Below are positions 1 to 10,559 of a stretch of 64,000 nt of DNA, one piece after another (positions within the stretch are counted from its first letter, which is position 1; each line of letters opens with the position of its first letter). Origin of the DNA: Prorocentrum cordatum. Lineage: Eukaryota. The stretch is from the NCBI GenBank assembly GCA_963575745.1, contig CAUYUJ010000051.1, positions 1-64,000 on the forward strand. The letters run 5' to 3'. Below the pieces are notes generated by a model that saw only the letters and a list, made by a program, of their open reading frames with translations, was not told the DNA's origin and searched no databases. The position numbers were made by a program, and so were the translations under genes.

Positions 1-25
1 GTTGGAGCGACCCGCCGCGCGCGAG

Positions 26-107
26 GACTTCGAGGCCGAGGTCAAGAGCCGCGCGGAGGAGCTGAAGGCCCTCGCGGAGGCGAAAAAGGCCCTCACGGAG
101 AACACCG
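26..107 (+). CDS. Coiled-coil protein, exon 1 of 12 visible (DFEAEVKSRAEELKALAEAKKALTENT-G); gene start lies upstream of the window
   Basis: AG at 24-25, GC3-rich codons, GA donor at 108; splices in frame to 260. Confidence 0.85.
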
Positions 108-110
108 GAG

Positions 111-259
111 CTCAGAGGAGGAAACGGTACTGACACCGCGGCCCTTCCCTCGTGTTCGCCTGTTTGGGCCTTCTGGGAGGCCGTCGGCGATTTTGGTCAG
201 GACGTACCCTGGGAGATGTCCGTGGAGTAGTGGCATCGGTACCTTCTCTTCCCCCTCAG
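111..259 (+). mobile_element. Introner-like TIR element forming intron 1
   Basis: Degenerate inverted ends (CTCAGAGGAGGAAACGGTACTGACACC / GGCATCGGTACCTTCTCTTCCCCCTCAG) flanked by a GAG duplication at 108-110 and 260-262. Confidence 0.5.
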
Positions 260-294
260 GAGCGGCGGACGGGCTCGCCTACGGCCTGGGCCAG
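260..294 (+). CDS. Coiled-coil protein exon 2 (G-AADGLAYGLGQ)
   Basis: Pyrimidine-rich ccccctcAG acceptor, GT donor at 295, phase matches exon 1. Confidence 0.85.
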
Positions 295-562
295 GTCAGC
301 ACCTTCGTCGTCGTCGAAACACACAAACACGTCGAAACATGAAAAACGACGACGAAACGACGACGACGACGGCGGTGGCGGTGACGACGATACTAGAGCA
401 ACAATCAACGGCATAAACAAAGTTTTTCTGAGCTCCGCGCGGCTTTCTTGGATTGGCGCCTGGGCCCCACTGGCGGCGCCTCTGGCGCCGATCCAAGAAA
501 CCTGCCCTGATTTTAGGGAAATGCTGTTTATGCAGCTTTTGTTATTCTATCGTCGTCCTCGC

Positions 563-632
<70 letters not shown>

Positions 633-1268
633 TGAACAGTACCAATGGCCTCCCCCCCCCAAATCTAAAGTTGAGGTGCCCATGTTTTGTCCCTCGCGAG
701 TGGCCTCTCGCCAGATGGGAAACAACCCTAACGACCCCCCGACCTGTGGGGCAGCTCGTGTCCCATCCCCCTCCCCTTCCTCCCCCCCCTGTGCCAGGAG
801 GGAAAGGTTGATGGGGATAGGCCGAGCTGGCCAGGCGCCTCGGCGGCGCAGCTCCGAAGCAAAATTGGGGCCCTCGTGTAGCCACACTCGGTACGGATGC
901 CCCGACGGAGGTCCAATCAGGTATTACCCTAACAAGCCCCCCCCCATGGACTGTGGGGCAGCGCCCCTGGTCCTGGCGCCTCGGCAGCGCCCTCCGCACC
1001 AGAAGAACGGGCCCTCGTGGAACCACACTCTGTGTGGATAGTCCCGACCGGGGCGTCTCTTAGGACCAAGGGGAACAGCCCTAACGACCCCCCTGACCAT
1101 CCAGTGTTTCCTCGAGGCCCCTGTGCTGACGGCCTGACTGTGCGGTTGAAGTGTTCTCGCGCACGAGTGCACGTAAAACACCGAGCAGAACGACAAAACA
1201 GAGGTTTCAAGATTTCCTTCAGAAAAGATACATTTCCTGAAAACATGCTTTTCGGCAGAAAACCAATG

Positions 1269-1985
1269 AGTCAAGGAGCCTCAGGAGAGAGGACGAGAGG
1301 AGGAGGTTGCGGAAGAGAGGAAGGGGGAAGCTTCACGAAGGCCATCTTGCAAAGGCCGCGAGCCACGGCAAAGAGGGAAAAAACAACCACCAAAGGCATC
1401 TTAGAAGGCAAAGGGCAGGGGGGCCGGAAGCACGCTGCTCGGAACAACGTGTGTGGCGGCACTGTTGTTTTGACGGTTGCCTGCTGTACGCCATCGCCCC
1501 CGCAATTTGAACAGGAGGGGGGGGGGAATTTGTTAACCCCCCGCGTGGGCTGTGTGGCGGCATCCTTGTTTTACAACAGCCCCTCATCAATGCGCGACTG
1601 GCCCTGCGCACTGCAGCGGGGGTTGCGCCTTCTCGCGCCATTGCAATCACCGACTGAGACGCGGTCGCCAGAGACACGCCCACCCCCGTCGGCCCCAGAC
1701 TCAACCTGACCCGTCCCAAAAACCAGCCTACCCGTCCGGTTACAGGAAGAGTCAAGGAGCTTCACGAGGGCGGACGAGAGGAGTAAGCTCCACCAAAGGC
1801 ATCTTAGAAGGCAAAGGGCAGGGGGGCTGGAAGCACGCTGCTCGGAGCAACGTGTGTGGCGGCACCCTTGTTTTGCCGGTTGCCTGCTGTACGCCATTGC
1901 CCCCGCAATTTGAACAGGGGGGGGGCAATTTGTTAACCCCCGCGTGGGCTGTGTGGCGGCATCCTTGTTTTACAACGGCCCCACA
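1269..1985. repeat. Local direct duplication (about 1269-1590 and 1749-1985)
   Basis: Shared block CACCAAAGGCATCTTAGAAGGCAAAGGGCAGGGGGG...GGCATCCTTGTTTTACAAC. Confidence 0.85.
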
Positions 1986-2966
1986 TCAAACAGCACAAAC
2001 TTGTCCATAAATCTGGCATTCAGTCTTCATTCTCGTCTGTATGATTCAGCTCGGAGGAGGTGGAGGAGAGGGAAGACGAGGTTGATACCGAAAGCCAATC
2101 CCCTGGTCGCCCCCCCCTTGACCGCTGTTGCGGCCAGGGGGGACTACTCGGGTCACCCTGAGACGCCCGGTTCAACATCGAGGACCGGTCCCCCAGCTCA
2201 CAAAGGACCAAGCAGGAGGAGAAGAAGGAGGAGGTAAGGGCAGAGGAGGATTGGTCGCCCCCTCATTGACCGCTCTTGCGGTCAGGGGGTTGCTCACGGG
2301 ACATAACTCATTGCCGAGAGCCAAGTCCTTGGTCTCCCCTCTTTGACCACTCCTGCTGATGGCCTGCAAGGGGACATCAACCGTTGAGCGCCTCCCGATG
2401 CATGCTGACTGACGGCACCCAGTACCCCAAGACAAAGAAAAAGAAGAAGGAGAAAGAGAAAGAGAAAGAGAAAAGGGGCCACACTTTGTTGTGGCATGCT
2501 GGGGCTCTCACGAAACGGGGATGGCCACCGAACTCGCCAAGGAGTGATGACAAAATGGTGTGTGAGTTCAATTCCTCGCTACACAATTTCGGCCACGTTC
2601 GCAGGACAGCCTCCTTGAGGGCTCTTCCATGGCCGAACGTGTATTCAGAGATGTGTGGGGGGGTGTTAACAAATCGTCCCCCCCCCGGTGTAGCAAGTTC
2701 CACTCTCGCGAGCGCATGCTTGAAATGTGTGCGATGCATTTTCTCCGCTGACCTACTCAATGGAGGAGGAGCAGGAGGAGGAGGAGCAGGAGGAGGAGGA
2801 GGAGGAGCAGGAGGAGGAGGAGGAGCAGGAGGAGGAGCAGGAGGAGGAGGAGGAGCAGGAGGAGGATGAGGAGGAGGAGGAGGAGGAGCAGGAGGAGCAG
2901 CAGAAGCAGCAGGAGGAGGGAAGGAGCCCGAGGCGCAGGCATCGGGCCCGCCCCCCCCGCTGCCAG

Positions 2967-3017
2967 GTGTCCCTCCTCCAGCAGCTCCGCACGGGCGCAG
3001 ACCTGGCCCACTTCGAG
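2967..3017 (+). CDS. Coiled-coil protein exon 3 (VSLLQQLRTGADLAHFE)
   Basis: cAG acceptor, GC donor at 3018, in frame; SLLQ resembles the xFLQ-type motif of this family. Confidence 0.85.
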
Positions 3018-3125
3018 GCCCCGCCGCCGCGCGCGGGCTGCCGCCCTGCTCCGCCCTGCCCTCGCCGCCGCCGCCCTCCTCGCCCTCCTCCTCGTCCACG
3101 TCCCCCTCCCTGTGTGCTCGTCGTC

Positions 3126-3167
<42 letters not shown>

Positions 3168-3431
3168 GTCGCGTCTCCTGCGCCCCCTCGAGAGGTTCGA
3201 GGCTTCCTGGCGCTCTCTCTTGGGCCGCCGGCGTCTCTCCTCGGGGTGTGCTCTCCGGCAGCCGCGCCCCGCCGAGGGCGTCGCGGGGGGTGCCCGGTTC
3301 GCCTCCCGCACGGCCGCGGGAGACCCGAGAGTAGTGACCCGAAGGCCGTCGGGGGCCCGCCCTGCTCCCTCTTTTTGGCCTCCGCTGGGTTTGGCGATCC
3401 GTTTCACATGTTCCGCTCTTGGCAATCCATA

Positions 3432-3626
3432 GGGGAACAAAAAGTGGCATAAACATAAAAACTCGGAGGTCCGCGCGGATTTCTCGGATCGGCGCTGGGG
3501 GCCCCCGGCGGCGCCTCCGGCGCCGCCCCTGGCGCGCTCCGCGCGCCAGGGAGGGGGGTCCAGCGCCGATCCGAGAAATCCACGCGGACCTCCGAGTTTT
3601 TATGTTTATGCCACTTTTTGTTCCCC
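3432..3626. mobile_element. Palindromic MITE with TA target-site duplication (Tc1/mariner-like signature)
   Basis: Near-perfect inverted arms of about 65 bp (GGGGAACAAAAAGTGGCATAAACATAAAAACTCGGAGG...), TA on both sides. Confidence 0.85.
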
Positions 3627-4033
3627 TAATCCACGCCTGCTGCACTCGTGAGGAGCACTCCTGGAGCATAGCCACTCCGACCAGAGCCCTGTCCTCCTCA
3701 TTCCCCCTTCATTTCTTTCCTCCACCTCCTCAGCCTCGAAGCCTCGAAGTTGCAGACCGTGTCGACATGGTTCTGGAGCCCTCATCCCCCCTTCGCCCAT
3801 CCAATATGCAGCCGGGTGTGGGGGTGGGTGGGTCGGGGATCTGCTTGTAAGAAGTGGCGGATCCCGCCAGCGATGACAGTAGTACCCTCCCCCTCCCTCT
3901 GCAAGAGGCAGAGGCTTAAGCCACAGTGGTTATGGAACCTCCTCCGACTCCTGCCCCTCCACTTCGGCGTCCTCGTTCTTCTTTGCCAGTGTCCCCAGCC
4001 CCCAGTCCGCCGTTCGCCTCTCTCGCACGGCAG

Positions 4034-4078
4034 GCGGTGCGCTACGTCCGCGACCTCGCCCGCAAGCAGAACTCCAAG
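4034..4078 (+). CDS. Coiled-coil protein exon 4 (AVRYVRDLARKQNSK)
   Basis: cAG acceptor, GC donor at 4079, in frame. Confidence 0.87.
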
Positions 4079-4231
4079 GCAACCATCGGCTTGGGAGGAG
4101 GGGGACCCTGGACCTGGGGCACATTGGCGCCCGTCTTTCTGAATGTATCTTCTTCTTCGCTCTCTCCTCTCACATCCTCCCGTGCTCCCTCTCTCGCTCT
4201 CTCTCTCTCTCTCTGAGCTCCAATTCCTCTA

Positions 4232-4400
4232 GGCCTCCCAGATGGGGTCGGAGTAGATGGGGTCGGAGGATCACGCCGCATCGCCGATGCATCGGCGATG
4301 CGGCTCGATGCGGAACCCGATTTGCTTCACGTCGACGTCGCAGATGCATCGCCGATATATCGGCGATGCGGCGCGATCCTCCGACCCAATCTAGGAGGCC
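4232..4400. mobile_element. MITE family with a CATCGCCGATG palindromic core and 4-bp TSD (TCTA)
   Basis: TIRs GGCCTCCCAGATGGGGTCGG...CCGACCCAATCTAGGAGGCC, TCTA on both sides; further copies at about 27025-27270, 28692-28870, 34750-34977, 37639-37850 and 62492-62706. Confidence 0.8.
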
Positions 4401-4404
4401 TCTA

Positions 4405-5334
4405 AAAACGTTGCATACGGCTTGTGCAACCGACTTCCTTACCCCTTCCGCATACTTCCTTCTCTCTTCTTCCCGCTCGTCCTCCTTCCCTGCGTCCTCC
4501 TTCCCTGATTTGTTGTTAGTTTCCCAACACTCCTGTGATGAGTTCTCGTTTTGAAGACAGCACAGTGGTCTCCATCCTCCCTCTCCGTCCCCCTCCTCTC
4601 TCCCCTTCCATATTGGTTCGGACTTGCTGAAAGGTATGATGTCCATGGCGTATCAGCAGTGTGACATATCGTGACTTGTGACATGGAGGCCATGGCGTGT
4701 GCGGTGATTTGATGTGGTTACGACGCGTGACGAACACATTGCACGACCTACCAGACCCGCAGGAAACAATGCAGCAATGGGAACACTATGGGTTATCCGA
4801 TCTCGTTCGGCATGGCGAAGGCTTCTCAACAATGCGCTGGAAACGCATGCTGCAGCTACGCCCCGTTTGTTGTCCGCTGACGAAGCTGAAGTTGTCTTTT
4901 TCAAATAGGTCAGGCAGTATGGAGTCCCGCTTCCGACTACACATCCCGACTTCCCGTTACGTAAGGAGGAAAGGCACAGCATGTCCCACCTAGAGTGGCC
5001 TTGGTGCCACACGGGCTTCCCCAACAAGCAGGCTCTCCAACAGCATGTGGTTAGGCAGCACTACGCATTCGTGAAGCATGTTGTTGTCACCTGTGGATTC
5101 AATACGTGCAGAGCCTGTGCCACGGAGTTTGCGCACAGCTGGCAGGTCAGGAACCACTTGGTATTCGACTCGGCCCGGCGCTGCCCGGCGTACCTTTTGC
5201 ACGGAGCGGAGGTCCCACCCATGTTGGCTAGGCAATGGACATTGGAGGACACTTCCGACATGCTGCAGCAAAGAAGAGCTGGACTCGGTAGGTGGAGATC
5301 CCAATACGCCAGCTACGCTACGCATACCTCCTGA
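4405..5334 (+). pseudogene. Probable 3' fragment of a non-LTR retrotransposon ORF2 (C-terminal zinc-finger region), frameshifted
   Basis: C2H2-like WCHTGFPNKQALQQHVVRQH and CRACATEFAHSWQVRNHL in ORF 4981-5334; broken frames upstream. Confidence 0.55.
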
Positions 5335-7939
5335 GAGTCTCATTTGAGACTCCAGCGTGGACGACGAGGCCCAACAAGTTCTCTGGCAAAATCCAGCAGA
5401 GGATCCCGTTCAGGCGCACCCCCCACGTCCGACCAACCAGGAGGATAGGTTCTACATGTATGGGCCACAGGATTTCTGAGGAGTATTGGCATCGGCTATA
5501 CCAGCGCGCATTGGACGTGTGGAAACATTTGTGCGGAATTTGTCATCAGGAAGGCGCTTAGAAGGCGACACCAGTCTCATACCGACGCTGCAGCTATCTT
5601 GCAATTCACTAAATCAAGGGAGATTTGTCCAACAGCAGCACGGCTACGGAGTGGGCGTCTCACATCAAGTCCAGGAGGGTTTGGGATACGGGGGAGTTGG
5701 CCCCAGGTGAAACGTGGTGTGCCGCTGAGTGGTTGGAACCCCCACCCCCGTGCGCACTGACGACTACACGTGGGGCATGCCGTGGGCTCTGTCGAAAGCG
5801 AGGGAGCAGTTGGAGGTAGGGGTAGCAGCCTGTTGCAAGCCATCGCGAAGCAGCCAGGACTCTACTTTGTCGAAACAGAGGGAGTAGTTGTAGGCAGCAG
5901 CCTGTTGCAAGCCATCGCGAAGCAGCCAGGATCCTACTTGGAGGCTGGGCTGCGGGGGGCTGGGACGGAGCGCCCGTCGCCTGCTGTACGGAGGGCCCGA
6001 GCGCCCGCTTCCCTCACGTGGGGCCAGCTGAGAGCCCTGTCGAGTGCTCTTGGCATCGCTCGGACGTGTGCATTTCTCCTTCGGCGAGGACCATCGAGGA
6101 TCGAGGAGCATCCTTGATCATTTGGCGAAAAAACCACGCACGAAACCGAAAAAAACACAGGGAATGGACGTCCGAGCGATGGCCAGTGCTTCGATGGCCG
6201 TTACATGCGCGCTCGACCAGTGCCGCTTCCAGGACGGGGGCCCTTCAGCGTATGGAATCACCCACGCACATACTCTCGGTGCGCCCGCCCGCTCTGTGCC
6301 CGGCCCTGGCGGCCACCAGCGAGGGCAGGTGCCCACGCGGCAAAGGGTGCCCATGCATTACTGACGGGGCAGATCGGCGGACGGCTCTCTCAGGACAGCC
6401 GCCACAAGTACGTACCCGAGCAGAATGTGTCGTGCCATCGCCCTGGGAGTTTAACAGTCCATGGCCAGCGTTTTCGATGCCGACGCTCACCGTAAGATAG
6501 ACCTGGAGCACATGTGTGACGCATGCAGGGAGTTGTATGTAGCTTGGAACTCTGATGGGCTGGACTTTTTCCAGCCCGGGTCTAGAGGCGACCCTGAATC
6601 ATTTGGATTGGATGTGTTTAGAGCGCGTGGCTTGTCCCCCTCCCCCCAGCGACCGTGACCTGGGAGGTGTCCGTCGGCGGCGAGCGAGGGGGGAAGTGGG
6701 AAGGAGAAGGCCTTCTCAGAAGGTCTGCAAGCCCCCTGGGCCTTCTGAGAAGTCTTCCGAGCCTTCCCCGAAGACGCAGAACACTTCTCCTGAGGCGCGA
6801 GGGCTTCTGAGAAGTTCCGCCGCCTTCTGAAAAGGCCTTCTCCGTCTCACTTCCCCCCCTCGATCGCCGCCGGAATTGGAATCCTCCTCTTCCTCCTCTT
6901 CCTCCTCCTGCTCCTCCTCTTCCGCCGCCCCCGACCGGCGAGCCTGACCTGGACCCTGAGGTGTCCGTGCCACCGCTCGCGCCCGCGCGCAGGGCGAGGC
7001 GGACGCCGAGGGCAGGTTGCCCCAGGGGGCCGGCCCCCCTCTGTGGGTTGTTTTTTTCGTTGTTTTGACGATCGGCGCGGGCGCCCTCGCACCCCCCCCC
7101 TCCCCCCCCCCCATACAGTGACCGGCTTGACTAACGAACGCTTACTTGTCAAAAGGGGCTTGGTCGTTCCTCTGGTTTGCATGCGCTATTTATCGTTCCT
7201 TATGCGTTATTTATTCTTTTTCGTTCCTTACGCGTTATTCCTTGGAAAAAAGGGCTTCGTTCCTTATTCATCGTTCCTTAGGTCCGGCCGATGACTGTAT
7301 GGAGTAGATCTTGGCTGTTTCGGCGCTCGTTTCGAGCAGGTGGAGCCCCCCTCATGATGGACGCATTGCTGCAAACAGTCGCATTGGGCAGAGGTCTGGA
7401 GCCCAAACCCCCCCTCCCCCCCTCTTCCACCCACCCAATGTCGAAACGCCGAATCAGAAAACGCTCACTTTCTGCCCATCCTGAAGTCGGGTATGCCCCT
7501 CTACAGCATGAAGGTTCAAAAGTAGTTAAAACATCGGATTTTGACTTTCTGATTGTTCTGGTGCATTTTTTGATTATGTTTTCAATGTTCTTCGAACATC
7601 CGCCTGTAGGAGGACATGCCCGACCTAATTAAGCCCATCCCCGCCTCCTCCCTCTTTCGCCCCCCCTGGCTTTCGCGGCTGAGCAGATCGCCCTACTTGC
7701 AGCGAGTCGTGCAGCAGCCAAGGAGATGCGGCGCAGGAGGCTCGCTCTCTGGAGAGCATCTCAGACTTCGCAGGCACGGTGCTGTCCTCTGGCTCGCCCT
7801 TTCGTAAGCGTCTTGAGTTTCGAGGGTTTTCGTCAGTTGCTTGCATCGCCAGTCGACCGCGACTTCGTTTCCATATCACAATCTCCACCACCACCACCCC
7901 CCGTCCTCCTCCCCCCTCCTCCTGCCTCCTCCTTTGCCG

Positions 7940-8640
7940 CTCCCTGGGTGGCTGCGAACTGCGCACCTGTCGCCACTTTCGTGTGCTCTTGGAAGGTCCA
8001 GCGGGGTGGGGTTGCGGGCGCATCCAGACGGGACCTTGTGGCTCCCTGGGTGGTTGTGAAATGCGCACCTGTCGCCACTTTCGTGGGCTCATGGGCGGGC
8101 CAGCGGAGTGGAGTTGTGCGCGCATCCAGACGGGACCTCGTGGCTTCTTGGGCGGCTGCGAATTGTTCAGCTGTCCGTCGCCCATCCCGCGGGCTCCTGG
8201 GATGTCCAGCGGCGTGGAGGGCCCCGCGCGCCCAGGCGAGACCCTCGCGGCTCCCAGGAGGTGGCCGCGGTCTGCGCAACGGCCGCGGGCTCCTGGGAGG
8301 TCCAGCGGAGTGGTGGGCCACGCGCATCCCGCCGAGACCCTCGCGGCTCCCCGGGTGGCTGCGCCCTGCGCAATTGTCGTCATCCTCGCGGGCTCTTGGG
8401 AGGTCCAGCGGGGTGCCCATGTGCGCCCAGCCGAGACCTCGCTGCTCCCTGGGGGGGGTGGGTTGCGATCTGCGCAGCTGGTGCCACTCTCGTGGGCTCC
8501 CAGCCGAGATCTCGCGGCTCCCCGGGGGCGGCGGAGTGCGCAGTTGTCCAAATTTTCGCGGGCTCCTGGGCGGTGCGGCGGGGGTGAGGACAGCGCGAAC
8601 CCAGCCGAGATTGCGCGGCTCCTTCGGGGGGGGCCGCGAA
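7940..8640. repeat. Degenerate ~100-bp tandem repeat
   Basis: Recurring GGGCTCCTGGGAGGTCCAGCGG and GCGCACCTGTCGCCACTTTCGTG at roughly 97-102 bp spacing. Confidence 0.7.
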
Positions 8641-8967
8641 GTGTTCAACCGTAGCCCGCTTTTGTGGGCTTCTAGACAGCACGGCGGAGAGGAAGGCGGC
8701 GCAGATCCCCGCCTGGCCCCCCTGCTTTCGAGCATGGCAGGAGGAATGGGAGGAGGAGGTGGAGGAGGATGAGGAGGAGGAGGAGGAGGAGGAGATGAGA
8801 GAGGAGGAGGAGGAGGAGGGCATGAGTGCGGGGCGCGAGGGAGTAAATGGCCCGTGCGCGCTCGATCACGCCCGCTCGAGCTGTCGCGGCGATCGCGCGA
8901 GGCACTCGTGGATCGCGCGCGCGCGGCGTGCTCGCGCGCCCTCGTGCCGTGCTCGCTCTGCGGCGAG

Positions 8968-9035
8968 GCCCTGGCGCAGCTCGCCTCGCGCATGGCCTCT
9001 GCGATGCGCATGAGCTCCGGGAGCGGCGAGGATCC
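8968..9035 (+). CDS. Coiled-coil protein exon 5 (ALAQLASRMASAMRMSSGSGED-P)
   Basis: gAG acceptor, GC donor at 9036 in phase 2; the CC|G junction gives Pro. Confidence 0.85.
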
Positions 9036-9446
9036 GCCGGCGGCTCAGCGGGGCCCCCGTCGCCGCCGCCGCCGTCGGCTAGGACTTAGGGGAGGACCAG
9101 ACTTCTGACGTTTCCTCGCCTCGCGAGGCTATTTTTTCGGAGGAGCTTGAGAGCAGGAACATCGAAGCACAACAAGCGGCATACAGTGGGGGACCCATGC
9201 CAAGAAACCCCCCTGCTTGCCTCCATGGTGCCCTGGGTTTCTTGGGTTTCGATGGTTCTGCCATGGAGAGCGGCGTGACGTTCCCACACCAAAACTCGAT
9301 GGACGTCCTGGGGTCTCAGGGTGGGGTTTCATGTGGAAGGTTTCTTGTGGTCGAGCCCTTACTGCAGCTGCCCTTCGGGGGCTCCCTCGTCGCCACGGCT
9401 GGACGCAGGAGGAGAAGGAGGAGGAGGAGGAGGAGGAGGAGGAGGA

Positions 9447-9546
9447 NNNNNNNNNNNNNNNNNNNNNNNNNNNNNNNNNNNNNNNNNNNNNNNNNNNNNN
9501 NNNNNNNNNNNNNNNNNNNNNNNNNNNNNNNNNNNNNNNNNNNNNN
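9447..9546. other. Assembly gap (100 N) between (GAG)n and (TAG)n tracts
   Basis: Run of 100 N. Confidence 0.99.
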
Positions 9547-9612
9547 TAGTAGTAGTAGTAGTAGTAGTTGTTGTAGTAGTAGTAGTTGTAGTAGTAGTAG
9601 TAGTAGTAGTAC

Positions 9613-9698
<86 letters not shown>

Positions 9699-10559
9699 CC
9701 ATTTGAAAGGCTCCGAAGAGATAGAGTGCAAGGCTGGTCGCAGAAAGGGCGTCAGAGCCTCAGTTGAGAAAGGGGAAGGGTCGAGAGCCGAGATTCCAGA
9801 CGGGGCGAGAGGAATCGGGATGCGCTGCCGTGGTCTGTGACGGAGAAGGGGATGAGGAGGATGAGGAGGAGGGTAAGGATGGCGGCAGGGAGCGAGCAAA
9901 GGAGGGAGAGAGGTGGAAGGGGACGGACGTTCAGGGATGCAAAAACAGGGAGGGAGGGATTGCAGAGGAGGGGGCTGATGAGGGGAAGGGAGGATTGAAG
10001 TCGGACAGATGGACGGGTATGGGAGCAGAGTGGGAGGAAAGAGACGGGACGAAGGAGGAGGATAAGGAGGATGGTGTGGGCGGGTAGTAGAGGGTGACAT
10101 GATGATGATAATGGGGCTGATGAGATGGGCACCATCGAAATTACGATGCCTATCGTGGCACCGATTATTGATGAGCACGGTGACCTTGATGATGATCAAA
10201 AAATCGTGTCGACAACGACGATGACGACGATTCTGCTCCTGCTGACGAGGACATCGCTTTGCGATGGTCAGTTCGCAGAACACAACGGACATCCGCTTGA
10301 TGCTGCTGCTGACGTGATCATGATGCTGATGATGATGCTGATGCTGAGGCTGATGGTGGTATTGGTGATATTGGTGATGCTGATGCTAAAAACGAAAGCG
10401 ACGATGGCGAGGACTGGGATGAGGATGATTGATGATGATGTTGTTGATGCTGATGACGGTGATGATGACAATCATATTGACGACGACGACACGGGGCTGG
10501 AAACATGCCGCAGACTAGACATGAAACTCCGGGCCGTGCTGCGCTATACAGTCAGCTTT

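Noticed and set aside
7625..9011. Overlapping 290-390 aa ORFs on both strands
   Set aside because: GC-rich tandem repeat with few stops; no domain motifs
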